Below, one piece after another: positions 46,073 to 55,455 of a stretch of 64,000 bases of DNA. The first letter of the stretch is position 1. Each line of letters begins with the position of its first letter. Origin of the DNA: Alphaproteobacteria bacterium UBA2964 (GTDB taxonomy: Bacteria; Pseudomonadota; Alphaproteobacteria; MPNO01; UBA2964); assembly GCA_905182615.1 (NCBI GenBank), contig CAJJCG010000034.1, positions 1 through 64,000 of the forward strand. Direction: 5' to 3'. Both the position numbers and the translations under genes were made by a program. The notes under the pieces were generated by a model. That model made no database searches and had not been told where the DNA came from. It worked only from the letters and a program-made list of their open reading frames with translations.

Positions 46073-46780
46073 ATGGCGTCTAACGGAATTCGTCTATCGA
46101 GGGACATTATGGGAACAACAGTTGATTTAACTGCATCGGACGGCCATCAATTTACGGCCTATCTCGCTGAACCAACCGGCACGCCGCGTGGTGGCATCGT
46201 CATCGGGATGGAGATGTATGGCGTTAATGATTACCTAAAAAGTGTTTGCGATAAATATGCTGCGGCGGGCTATTGCGCTATTGCGCCAGCCTTGTTCGAT
46301 CGAACTGAGAACGATCTGGTTTTGCCTTATGACGCAGAGGGCATGAGGCGTGGCAAAGAAATCAGTCATGCGGTGAATTATGATCAAGTGCTTGATGATG
46401 TGACCACGGCGGCCGCGCATATTGCCTCAGCCGGAAAGGTCGCTATTTCCGGCTATTGCTTTGGTGGCACCATCACTTGGCTGGCGGCGTGCCGCTGTGA
46501 ATTTGATGCGGCGATTGCTTTTTACGGCTCCAACATGTGTGATTTCCCGGACGAGCACGTGAAGTGCCCTATTATCAGTCATGTCGGTTCCCTTGATACT
46601 GCGGTGCCACCGGAAGACGTCGCGATGTTTGAGGAACGTTGCCCCGAAGTCAGTTGGTATATTTATGAGGGCATTCGCCATGGCTTTGACAGCCATGTCC
46701 GGCCGGAACGGTATAATGCTGACGCCTCAGCCTTGGCTTGGGAACGCACCCAAGCCTTTATGGCTGAGCACGTTGGCTAG
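46073..46780 (+). CDS. Dienelactone hydrolase family protein
   Basis: Nucleophile context ISGYCFGG and a distal H (IRHGF), with DLH-like length. The start may be the internal ATG 46109. Confidence 0.86.
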   Translation: MASNGIRLSRDIMGTTVDLTASDGHQFTAYLAEPTGTPRGGIVIGMEMYGVNDYLKSVCDKYAAAGYCAIAPALFDRTENDLVLPYDAEGMRRGKEISHAVNYDQVLDDVTTAAAHIASAGKVAISGYCFGGTITWLAACRCEFDAAIAFYGSNMCDFPDEHVKCPIISHVGSLDTAVPPEDVAMFEERCPEVSWYIYEGIRHGFDSHVRPERYNADASALAWERTQAFMAEHVG

Positions 46781-46791
46781 GGCTTAGGGAA

Positions 46792-47406
46792 TTATGGCCG
46801 TGGGTTTTGTTTGCGGTCATACATAGCTTTGTCAGCCTGCTCCAAAGCGTCCGTTGCACTCATCTTTGAAGTTACCTCGACAACGCCGAAAGTCGTGGAC
46901 AAGGTGATCGTGCTATCGGCCAGTTTAATTCTTGCCTGTTTGATGAGTTCCTGCAGGCGCAACGTTTTTTCTCCAGCAGTTTTGCTATCTGCCTGCGCGA
47001 GCAGGACACCGAACTCATCCCCGCTGAGACGTCCGACAAGGTCGGAGGCGCGAACATTCTGCTGTAAAATATCGGCTAACGTCATCAGCGCAGCATCGCC
47101 AGTGGCGTGACTATGTTGGTCATTAAGCTGTTTCATCCCGTCGATATCAAGATATAGCAGGCAGTTGGTGCCGCCATAACGTTCGGCATAGGCCTTGGCC
47201 CGGTTGATTTCCCGCACAAAGGCACGCCGGTTGACGACGGGCACGATTGGGTCGCGATCTGCCAGTGTTTCGAGCTCAGCAATCCGGTTGTTATTGGCCT
47301 CGATCTCTTCCCGCAGCGCATTAATCTCGGAAATCAGTTGTTTGATTGCGTCTCGGGCTGCTTTCGGTATGTTCTCGTCACCGAGATCGAGCGTGTGAGA
47401 TTCCAC
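46792..47406 (-). CDS. Diguanylate cyclase (GGDEF domain) with N-terminal coiled coil
   Basis: Active-site variant SGDEF (GRLSGDEFGVLL) with an RxxD I-site (RASD) five residues upstream. The N-terminal 50 aa are heptad-like (ISEINALREEIEANNNRIAELE). Confidence 0.9.
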   Translation of the reverse strand: MESHTLDLGDENIPKAARDAIKQLISEINALREEIEANNNRIAELETLADRDPIVPVVNRRAFVREINRAKAYAERYGGTNCLLYLDIDGMKQLNDQHSHATGDAALMTLADILQQNVRASDLVGRLSGDEFGVLLAQADSKTAGEKTLRLQELIKQARIKLADSTITLSTTFGVVEVTSKMSATDALEQADKAMYDRKQNPRP

Positions 47407-47545
47407 CGCACCGGGTTTCTGGTTCTTATTTTCAGATTATCTGTTCATCGTATTTAACTAACTCCTGACCGGCGACAGTAACCGTACAACGGCATAATAT
47501 CATTATAGAAAATCTTTTGCCTACAACCATCGGATGGTTTGAATA

Positions 47546-48799
47546 GTGACGAGCGACAAACCCAAAAGCCGCGGCCTGATCGGGGCTTTTTCGCACCGTA
47601 ATTTCGCGATTTTTGTTGCGGGAAATTTTCCATCCCAATGTGGTGTGTGGGCGCAGCGTTTGGCGATCGGGTGGCTTACCTGGGAATTGACGGAATCCGG
47701 CTGGTGGCTTGGCTTGATGGGGTTTGCCGATTTAGTGCCCGTGGTCCTCCTCAGTCCAGTTGCAGGGTATATGGCTGACCGGTTTGAACGGATCAAGCTG
47801 GCCCGCATTATTCAGTTTATGAATGCCATGGTGACGGCTCTGCTGGCCATAACGGCTTTTGCCGGATGGTTAAATATTGAGCTCTTACTGTTGTTTGCCT
47901 TCATCACTGGCATGGATCACGCAATGTTTCAGCCGATCCGAAGTTCATTGCCACCCGAACTGGTGCCACGTGAAGACTTGCCCGCCGCCATCGCCTTTGG
48001 TGGGTTTACCTGGAATAGCGCGCGATTAATCGGGCCGGCGATTGGGGCGACGATCCTCCATTACTTTGATGTGAACACGGTCTTTTTGGTCAATACCTTT
48101 CTGTATCTTTGGTTCTTTGCAGCGCTGTGGATGGTGCGTGTACCACCAGCGCCAAAGCGTCCACCTTCCGGTCTCTCTATTCTCGGGGATATCATTGCCG
48201 GGTATCGCTACGCGGTGTCGCATCCGGTTATCGGACCGTCACTCGTTATCCTTTTTGGCGCATCGTTTCTGACAAGACCGTTGGTCGAGCTGATGCCTGG
48301 ATTTTCATCTGGTGTGTTTGGGCAGGGTCCGGGCGGTCTCGCCATTTTAACTTCGGCGATGGGTGTCGGCGCAGTTATGGCGGGTATCACAATAGCCCAG
48401 CGTGGTCGGTTTGAGGGCTTGGCAAGAATTACGGCTTACGCGGTGCTCGTTGGCGCCATCGTTCTCGTAGTGTTCACCAACACAACTCATTTCGAAGTGG
48501 CCGTGGTTTGCATGGTGTTCTTTGGCATTCAGTACTCTCTGGTAGGGACCTGTATTCAGTCACTCATCCAGGCTGTTGCCGATGAAAGGATGCGCGGCAG
48601 GGTCTTGGCTCTCTACGGGTTGATCTGGATCGGTAGTGCAGCAATAGGGTCGTTGGTAATGGGAGCGCTGTCTGACGTCTTTGGCCTCAGCAAACCGATA
48701 GCGGTGAGCGGGATGGTTTGCCTCGCTGTCTTCGTATTCGCGTGGCGGGCAAAAGAACCAATTGAAGCAATAATCGCAAAACAGCAGGATCGGAATTAA
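47546..48799 (+). CDS. MFS transporter (EntS/MFS_3-like)
   Basis: 417 aa with about 12 TM helices, a GTG start, and the motif PVAGYMADRFERIK. Confidence 0.83.
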   Translation: MTSDKPKSRGLIGAFSHRNFAIFVAGNFPSQCGVWAQRLAIGWLTWELTESGWWLGLMGFADLVPVVLLSPVAGYMADRFERIKLARIIQFMNAMVTALLAITAFAGWLNIELLLLFAFITGMDHAMFQPIRSSLPPELVPREDLPAAIAFGGFTWNSARLIGPAIGATILHYFDVNTVFLVNTFLYLWFFAALWMVRVPPAPKRPPSGLSILGDIIAGYRYAVSHPVIGPSLVILFGASFLTRPLVELMPGFSSGVFGQGPGGLAILTSAMGVGAVMAGITIAQRGRFEGLARITAYAVLVGAIVLVVFTNTTHFEVAVVCMVFFGIQYSLVGTCIQSLIQAVADERMRGRVLALYGLIWIGSAAIGSLVMGALSDVFGLSKPIAVSGMVCLAVFVFAWRAKEPIEAIIAKQQDRN

Positions 48800-49413
48800 A
48801 CCTGCCAGAACCTTTCATCCAGATTGTTTAGATCGTCTGGTTCGTCGACATCGAAAGCCAGGTTTGGTCTTTCAATGATCTGGACATCACAACCTGCCTC
48901 TATCGCGATATTACGGTGTTTTTCGAAGCTGTTCGTCCCAAACGAAAACTTAAATGAATCTGGTGGCCGTATGTAGAGTGCGTTGGTACCGTGTTGGGTT
49001 CCGTCCGGTGCGATGGTAACAAGCTCTGATTTTGATGTGTGATCCTCTATGCTCGTGAGAACGGCTGATAAGTCTGTTGGGGCAAGCTTGGCCAGATCGG
49101 CAGGGACGACAAGAAATCCGGACGCACTGAGTACGACACTCGCTTTGCGGGCCACATCAAGAGCAGCGTTTAGGTTAGAAATTTCAGCTTCGAGAATTGC
49201 GTGAGCGCCGGCCTCTTCAGCGAGGCTCAGAGCCTCTTCGTCACGACTGATAACGATCGTATCGACTACTCCTGGCGTCGCGAGCGTGGTCTTGAGCACA
49301 TGGCAAAACATATTTCGAATCAGCGCTTGTCGTTGGTCATCTGCCAACACCGATGCTAATCGGCTCTTGCCTTCTGCAAAGGGTTTGACAGGAATGACCG
49401 CGGCAACAGACAT
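48796..49413 (-). CDS. cofC: 2-phospho-L-lactate (or analogue) guanylyltransferase CofC/FbiD
   Basis: N-terminus VIPVKPFAEGKSRLASVL and ...VVPADLA, typical of CofC. It is the last gene of the F420 operon. Confidence 0.85.
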   Translation of the reverse strand: MSVAAVIPVKPFAEGKSRLASVLADDQRQALIRNMFCHVLKTTLATPGVVDTIVISRDEEALSLAEEAGAHAILEAEISNLNAALDVARKASVVLSASGFLVVPADLAKLAPTDLSAVLTSIEDHTSKSELVTIAPDGTQHGTNALYIRPPDSFKFSFGTNSFEKHRNIAIEAGCDVQIIERPNLAFDVDEPDDLNNLDERFWQV

Positions 49414-49418
49414 GAGCG

Positions 49419-50369
49419 TTAGGAGCCTTTCCGAGACAAGGTAGCTGCGAGATTTAAAGTTTCCTGTGCTAAAAGGGCTTCGTCCTCGGCTGATTTCATC
49501 AATGTGTTCGTAACCTGTACACCGATACCAGTGGCCATGATTTGTTCGGCCAAATCGACGTCTTCGTTGTCGATCACTAGCCCGTCGATCAAGTTACCAT
49601 AATGCTGTGCAATCCCACGCGGCGATACCGGCAGGCCGAGCTCCGCCATCATCTTGGCAGCTGGGCCCTTGACGGCCTGACCACCAATGATCGGTGATAC
49701 TGCGATAATAGGGACTCCCGCATTATTAAGGGCATTGAAAACGCCGGGTACGCTGAGAATAGGGTCGATACTGACATACGGGTTAGAGGGACAAAACATG
49801 ATTGCCGTTAGAGACGGGTCCCTCAGTGCGGCCTTAAATTGTGGGGCTGGGACGGCCTCCTCCATGCCCTTATAATGAACACCGGTGAACGTCGGCTCGC
49901 AGCGCAGGCGGACGAAATAATCCTGAAAAAAGAAATCACCGTCTTTGGTATCGACCACGGTGCCAACGCGATGATCTGTCATAGGCACGATAGAATGGGC
50001 AATTTTGTGCTGCTGGCACAACGCGCGGGTGACCTCGGAGAGGGTCTGGCCCTCGGTCAGACGGCGGGTGCGTTCGATATGAGTGGCAAGGTCTTTGTCG
50101 CCGAGCTGGAACCAGTCTTCGCCGCCAATTTTCTTGAGAGATTCCATAAAGTTCCAGGTCTCGTCCCGGATACCCCATCCGCGTTCAGTGTCATTAATGT
50201 CTGCGAGTTTATAGAGAACGGAATCTAGATCCGGGCAGATAAAGTAATCCAGATGCAGAAAATCATCACCGGTATTTACCGCGATCACCAACTCTGAAGG
50301 GTCGAGGATACGGGTTAATCCGTGCGCCAGCTTTGCGCCGCCAACACCGCCTGCCAATGCGACGATCAT
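49419..50369 (-). CDS. cofD: 2-phospho-L-lactate transferase CofD/FbiA
   Basis: MIVALAGGVGGAKLAHGL N-terminus and ...NPYVSIDPIL. 316 aa. Confidence 0.92.
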   Translation of the reverse strand: MIVALAGGVGGAKLAHGLTRILDPSELVIAVNTGDDFLHLDYFICPDLDSVLYKLADINDTERGWGIRDETWNFMESLKKIGGEDWFQLGDKDLATHIERTRRLTEGQTLSEVTRALCQQHKIAHSIVPMTDHRVGTVVDTKDGDFFFQDYFVRLRCEPTFTGVHYKGMEEAVPAPQFKAALRDPSLTAIMFCPSNPYVSIDPILSVPGVFNALNNAGVPIIAVSPIIGGQAVKGPAAKMMAELGLPVSPRGIAQHYGNLIDGLVIDNEDVDLAEQIMATGIGVQVTNTLMKSAEDEALLAQETLNLAATLSRKGS

Positions 50370-50385
50370 ATCAACAACATTTTGC

Positions 50386-51216
50386 TCAGCGGAACAAATC
50401 CTGTTCCTGGGCGCGTATCAAATCCTGTGCGTTTCCCTGTCCGGTTTGTACGGCGTAGCCACGTATATGAACCGCGGGGCGCCCTTCATCCGCCTGCCCC
50501 ATAACGATGGAGGCGGCGGCAGCCAATTCGTCGGCGAGTCCGACCTGTGTTGCTTGAAGCGGACGATCAAATAAGTCATGGCGGCCATTGAGGTCGAGGA
50601 GAGCATCGATCCCCGCCGTGCCGATCGCCATACCGACGGTGCCGTTGCGCCAAGCCCGTCCGACGCTGTCATTGATAATTACGGCGACATCAGCACCGGT
50701 CTTTTCTCGGAGGCTGTCGCGGAGAAATTGACAACTACCGTCAGGGTCCTTGGGAAGCAGTAATACCTGTTGTTTGGCATCGTCTTCAGTCGCGCCTCCA
50801 AGCGGTTCGACATTGGAGGAGTCGATACCCGCATTGGCCATAACGATGCCGAGATTGTGCTCGACGATCAGGACGCCTTTGCGTTTTCTAACCACGCCTC
50901 TGGATTCCGAAAGAATCAATTCGACTAGTCTTGAGTCTTTGCCGACCTCTTTTGCAAGCTCGATAGCGGCAGGGGACGGCGTGACAGAATCCAGTGCGGC
51001 GTAGCGGTCCTCGGATTTTGAAACAATTTTCTGGGCCAGCACTAAAATGTCACCGTCTTGCAGTGTTATGCCACATCTCAGTAATCCGTCGCATATGATG
51101 CTCCCTATATCGTCACCGGGGTTGACTAGTGGAATGCCTGGCAACGCAGATATAGAGAGCTGACCGCTGGTTTGGGCAGCGGTGTCGATCTCCGAATTTG
51201 TCGGAGAGGCATCCAT
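50386..51216 (-). CDS. cofE: Coenzyme F420-0:L-glutamate ligase CofE (single-domain form)
   Basis: Pattern GDILVLAQKIVSKSE...GIVMANAGID.SN. At 276 aa there is no C-terminal nitroreductase-like FbiB domain. Confidence 0.88.
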   Translation of the reverse strand: MDASPTNSEIDTAAQTSGQLSISALPGIPLVNPGDDIGSIICDGLLRCGITLQDGDILVLAQKIVSKSEDRYAALDSVTPSPAAIELAKEVGKDSRLVELILSESRGVVRKRKGVLIVEHNLGIVMANAGIDSSNVEPLGGATEDDAKQQVLLLPKDPDGSCQFLRDSLREKTGADVAVIINDSVGRAWRNGTVGMAIGTAGIDALLDLNGRHDLFDRPLQATQVGLADELAAAASIVMGQADEGRPAVHIRGYAVQTGQGNAQDLIRAQEQDLFR

Positions 51217-51219
51217 TAC

Positions 51220-51912
51220 TCAGCCTTTCGATTCTGCTGGCGTGCCGGTGATACGAATACCGGAGCCCGGTATTTTGTGAGCGCGATTTATGGAGATTAG
51301 AACCGATGTCATGGCTTCCGCCGCCGCGGCATTGGCCAATGGGCCTGCGTGCCAGCCGGTCATCCCTGCATCTTTGGCTAAGTCGATTACTATTTCCCGC
51401 GCGGATTTCTTATTGCTGCAGACCAGGACATCGCAATCAATTTTGTGGTCGAGGTCAGCAAGATGTTGGGCGGCGATGTTTTGAAACGCTGCGACGACCG
51501 TAACTTCTTCGCCGAGCATTTTCTGCACGGCGACAACAGCTGAGCCGCCTTCCGGCAATTGGACTGTCCCGACTTTGGGCGGCACCAAAGGTGCCGTGAC
51601 ATCGATAAGCAGTTTGCCTTTAAGGGCACCGGCAATCGGGGTGATGGTGTCGATTTGATTTGAATAGGGGACTGCTAAAACAGCAATCTGGCACTCCGTT
51701 GCGGCAGAAAAATTGTCAGCACCCCGGACATTACCCCATTTGCTGCCAGCTGGCGCCATAGCGATAATCTCTGTAGCGACCTGCGTCGCACGACTGGCGT
51801 CACGCGATCCAATTATGATGTCATGCCCGGCCCTTGCCCAACGCATAGCGAGGCCGGAGCCTTGATTGCCAGTGCCGCCAATAACGGCAATAGCGGATTT
51901 GGTGTCAGTCAT
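51220..51912 (-). CDS. npdG: NADPH-dependent F420 reductase (Fno/NpdG family)
   Basis: IAVIGGTGNQGSGLA Rossmann motif with Fno-like length. ATG 51912 is preceded by AGGAA; the track start is TTG 51927. Confidence 0.86.
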   Translation of the reverse strand: MTDTKSAIAVIGGTGNQGSGLAMRWARAGHDIIIGSRDASRATQVATEIIAMAPAGSKWGNVRGADNFSAATECQIAVLAVPYSNQIDTITPIAGALKGKLLIDVTAPLVPPKVGTVQLPEGGSAVVAVQKMLGEEVTVVAAFQNIAAQHLADLDHKIDCDVLVCSNKKSAREIVIDLAKDAGMTGWHAGPLANAAAAEAMTSVLISINRAHKIPGSGIRITGTPAESKG

Positions 51913-51923
51913 AAGATCATTCC

Positions 51924-54299
51924 TCAAGCAATCGCCGCCAGGGGCTCCGCATTATAGGACGCTGCTGCGCGTTCAGATGTGACGTCATTATACAGAGTTG
52001 TCCGCTGAACGGCGCGCCGCCCAGCATTTTTGATTATCCGCTCCATCTCATAGGGTTCACATTCTTGGCCGTGGACTGTACCCGCCGCCCGGGAAATGCT
52101 CTCATTCATCAGAGTGCCGCCAAGATCATTGACCCCGGCATTCAGGCAGGCCTGGATACCCTCCTGGCCCATCTTGACCCAGGAAACCTGAATATTGCGA
52201 ATGACTGGATGCAAAACAATCCGAGCAATAGCGTGCATTAAAATAGACTCACGGAAGGTTGGCCCGCGCCGGGCAAACCCTTTGAGATAGATCGGCGCTT
52301 CCATATGCACGAATGGCAGCGGAACGAATTCAGTAAACCCGCCGGTTCGTTCTTGAAGCGCTCGGATACGCAGCAAGTGCCGTGCTAGATGGACGGGCCG
52401 TTCCATATGGCCATACATAATTGTGGCCGTTGTTCGGAGGCCTAACTCATGGGCGGTTTCCATCACCGACAACCATTCTTCGGTGTTGAGCTTGTCGGGA
52501 CAGAGCGTTGCCCGAACCTCGTCATCAAGAATTTCTGCCGCGGTTCCGGGCAGTGTCGATAGTCCTGCTTCTTTGAGACGTGACAGGAAGTCTTCAATAG
52601 TGAGATTTGAGGTATGTGCCCCTTGGGTGATTTCGAGTGGTGAAAAAGCGTGGATATGCATATCCGGTGCGGCGGCTTTGACGGCGGCGCAAATATCCAG
52701 ATAGGTCTGACCGGTGTAGTCGGGATGAATACCACCTTGCAGACAAACTTCCGTAGCACCGCGGTTCCAGCCTTCTGCCGTGCGACGTCCAATTTCTTCC
52801 GTGTCCAGGCGGTATGGTTTGCCGCGGAGGGTCTTTGCCGTCTTGCCTTTGGAAAAGGCACAGAAGGTACAGCGATAGGTGCAGATATTAGTGTAGTTGA
52901 TATTGCGATTTACGACATAGGTGACATCGTCGCCGTTTGTCGACTCGCGCAAAGAATTTGCGGTCTCACAAACTTTCGCGAAATCGATATCGCGCGCCTG
53001 AAACAGTCGAGTGATCTCTATCTCGTTTGGCACATCGCCGACCGATACCTGTTCGAGGATGGTGCTGATGTCGTTTGAAGGGTGAGAACGATGTATTAAG
53101 ATTGCGGGTGGTTTGATGTCAACACCCGGCGCCCAGTCTTCTGTGCGGGCCAGCCCATCCGCGTCGCTAGCGCGAATAGCCGCCTTCGCCATTCCGGCTG
53201 TCATCCAGCGCGAGGCATCAAAGATGTATGACGGGTAGACTGCCAGCCGTTCGACTAAAGTCTTTCCAGTCTCTGCTGTGCGGTCTGCCAGCGCGCTAAT
53301 TTCTGGCCAGGCGGCTTCGGGATTTACGTGATCGGGAGTGACCGGTGAAATACCGCCCCAGTCATTCAACCCCGCAGACACCAATTGAGGGTAGACTTTC
53401 GGGCTGAGATTAGGGGGTGCCTGAATATTCATGTCCGGCCCAAAGATCAGACGGGCGCAGGCGATGGTCCAAAGCAAATCATCGAGATCGGGCTCCGGCG
53501 CGTTGGCCATGCGGGTCGTCGGTTTGGCCCGAAAATTCTGGATTATAATTTCCTGAATATGGCCGTAGGTTTCGTGTAGGTCGCGGATCGTCAGCAGGTC
53601 GTTGATGCGCTGTTCCCGTGTCTCGCCGATTCCGATGAGAATACCCGTCGTGAAGGGTACGTTGGCTTCGCCAGCATTGCGCAATGTTTGTAGTCGCGCC
53701 TCCGGCATCTTGTCGGGGGAACCAAAATGTACCCCGCCGGGTTCACATAAGGCATGGGCGGTAGATTCCAGCATCATGCCCATTGAAACGGTGACCGGGC
53801 GCAGTACGTCTATCTCTTCCCGTGTCATTGCACCCGGATTTGCATGGGGCAATAACCCAGTCTCCTCAAACACCAGTCGGCACATTGCCGCCAGATACTC
53901 GATGGTCGAGGCATATCCCAATTCGCTCAGGGCTTCGCGCGCCGCCTCGTAGCGCAGTTCGGGCTTGTCGCCGAGTGTAAAGAGCGCTTCTTTACAGCCC
54001 GCAGATTTACCCGCGCGTGCAATCTCGAGAACCTCACCCGGTGATAGGTAGGGGGTAGAGACATTGCTAGGTATCGTCGCAAAAGTGCAGTAGCTGCAGC
54101 TATCGCGGCACAGCCGCGTCAGGGGAATAAAGACCTTACGAGAATAGGACAGGCGGTCCGCATGGCCGCAATCGCGCAGCGTCGCCGCCTGCTCAAGCAA
54201 TGTTGGTAGCGGAGCATTCAGTAGATAGTCAGATGAAATCGTTTGCGCGCCCAATGAGGCTGTCCCGATACGGATGACGTGAGTGATATTTGCGACCAT
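51924..54299 (-). CDS. fbiC: Bifunctional FO synthase FbiC (CofG + CofH radical-SAM domains)
   Basis: 791 aa with two radical-SAM CxxxCxxC motifs (CRDSCSYC and CTYRCTFC). Confidence 0.95.
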   Translation of the reverse strand: MVANITHVIRIGTASLGAQTISSDYLLNAPLPTLLEQAATLRDCGHADRLSYSRKVFIPLTRLCRDSCSYCTFATIPSNVSTPYLSPGEVLEIARAGKSAGCKEALFTLGDKPELRYEAAREALSELGYASTIEYLAAMCRLVFEETGLLPHANPGAMTREEIDVLRPVTVSMGMMLESTAHALCEPGGVHFGSPDKMPEARLQTLRNAGEANVPFTTGILIGIGETREQRINDLLTIRDLHETYGHIQEIIIQNFRAKPTTRMANAPEPDLDDLLWTIACARLIFGPDMNIQAPPNLSPKVYPQLVSAGLNDWGGISPVTPDHVNPEAAWPEISALADRTAETGKTLVERLAVYPSYIFDASRWMTAGMAKAAIRASDADGLARTEDWAPGVDIKPPAILIHRSHPSNDISTILEQVSVGDVPNEIEITRLFQARDIDFAKVCETANSLRESTNGDDVTYVVNRNINYTNICTYRCTFCAFSKGKTAKTLRGKPYRLDTEEIGRRTAEGWNRGATEVCLQGGIHPDYTGQTYLDICAAVKAAAPDMHIHAFSPLEITQGAHTSNLTIEDFLSRLKEAGLSTLPGTAAEILDDEVRATLCPDKLNTEEWLSVMETAHELGLRTTATIMYGHMERPVHLARHLLRIRALQERTGGFTEFVPLPFVHMEAPIYLKGFARRGPTFRESILMHAIARIVLHPVIRNIQVSWVKMGQEGIQACLNAGVNDLGGTLMNESISRAAGTVHGQECEPYEMERIIKNAGRRAVQRTTLYNDVTSERAAASYNAEPLAAIA

Positions 54300-54351
54300 A
54301 CTGCGTTAGCGAGGCGAGGAAAAGAAGGGCTGATTAGAGGCCTGTAGAAAA

Positions 54352-55455
54352 ATGACGGTTCAAAAAGTAACAATATTGGGAGCAGGGCACGGAGGCTGTG
54401 CGGCAGCGGCCGATTTGACCGCGCGCGGTTTTGAGGTTCGCCTGCATGCGCGCCGCGAAGAGAGCCTGGCGCCATTGCGTGAACAAGGCGGCATTCAGGC
54501 AGCTGGCGTTCAGGATGGATTGTTCCCGGTTCACTTGCTGACCACTGACATAGAAGCGGCCATAACTGGCGCTGATATAATCATGTTGGTGGTGCCGTCG
54601 GTGGCGCATGGATTTTATGCGGAGGCACTGGCGCCGCTTTTGACGCCGGATATCCCGGTATTTGTAAACCCCGGCCATACAGGTGGGGCGCTGCATTTCG
54701 TCAGTGAATTGCGTCGCGCTGGTTACACCGATCCGGTTAAAACCTGCGAGACCGTCACGCTCACCTATATATGTCGTAAAACCGGACTGGCATCGGTTGA
54801 AATTTTTTCCTATACCAAGAAGCTAAAATTCGCGGCCTTTCCTGGCAAGCACGCGCAGGACATGTTTGACCTCGTCAAACCGCTTTACCCGAAAATCACC
54901 TTGGTCAGCAGCGTCTTGGAAACAGCACTGACCAATATCAATGCCGTGTTCCATGCACCTGGTATGTTAATGAACGCTGGATGGATCGAAGATACCGGCG
55001 GCGATTTTTTGTTCTACCGCGAGGGCATTACGCCGGCGGTCGGCCGGGTTATTGCTGAACTGGATGCCGAACGCATGGCCGTGGCCAAAGCGCTTGGTGT
55101 ACCGACGGCAAGCTTTCTGGAAAATTTCTATCAGGCAGGCTTAACAACATTAGAGGCGAAAGACTCCGGCGACATTTCGCGGGCTTGTGTTGAGAGCGAA
55201 CCAAACTGGAAAATCAAAAGCCCACCGTCGCTGGATCATCGCTACATCCATGAAGATGTCGGCTATGGGTTGGTGCCGTTTGCCGGATTTGGCCGTCTGG
55301 CTGATGTGCCGACACCAACGATTGATGGGATTATTCATCTGACCTCGGAAATGATGGACATACCCTATGCGACCGATGGTCTGACGCTTGAGGCCATGGG
55401 GCTCGGCGATCTTGATGCCGAAGGTGTTCTGAAGTTCGTCGAGGAGGGTGCGTAA
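54352..55455 (+). CDS. NAD/NADP octopine/nopaline (opine) dehydrogenase family protein, paralog A
   Basis: 367 aa with N-terminal Rossmann KVTILGAGHGGCAAAADL and a helical C-terminal domain with the E.RY..EDV.YGLVP pattern. The family call is by recognition only. Confidence 0.78.
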   Translation: MTVQKVTILGAGHGGCAAAADLTARGFEVRLHARREESLAPLREQGGIQAAGVQDGLFPVHLLTTDIEAAITGADIIMLVVPSVAHGFYAEALAPLLTPDIPVFVNPGHTGGALHFVSELRRAGYTDPVKTCETVTLTYICRKTGLASVEIFSYTKKLKFAAFPGKHAQDMFDLVKPLYPKITLVSSVLETALTNINAVFHAPGMLMNAGWIEDTGGDFLFYREGITPAVGRVIAELDAERMAVAKALGVPTASFLENFYQAGLTTLEAKDSGDISRACVESEPNWKIKSPPSLDHRYIHEDVGYGLVPFAGFGRLADVPTPTIDGIIHLTSEMMDIPYATDGLTLEAMGLGDLDAEGVLKFVEEGA

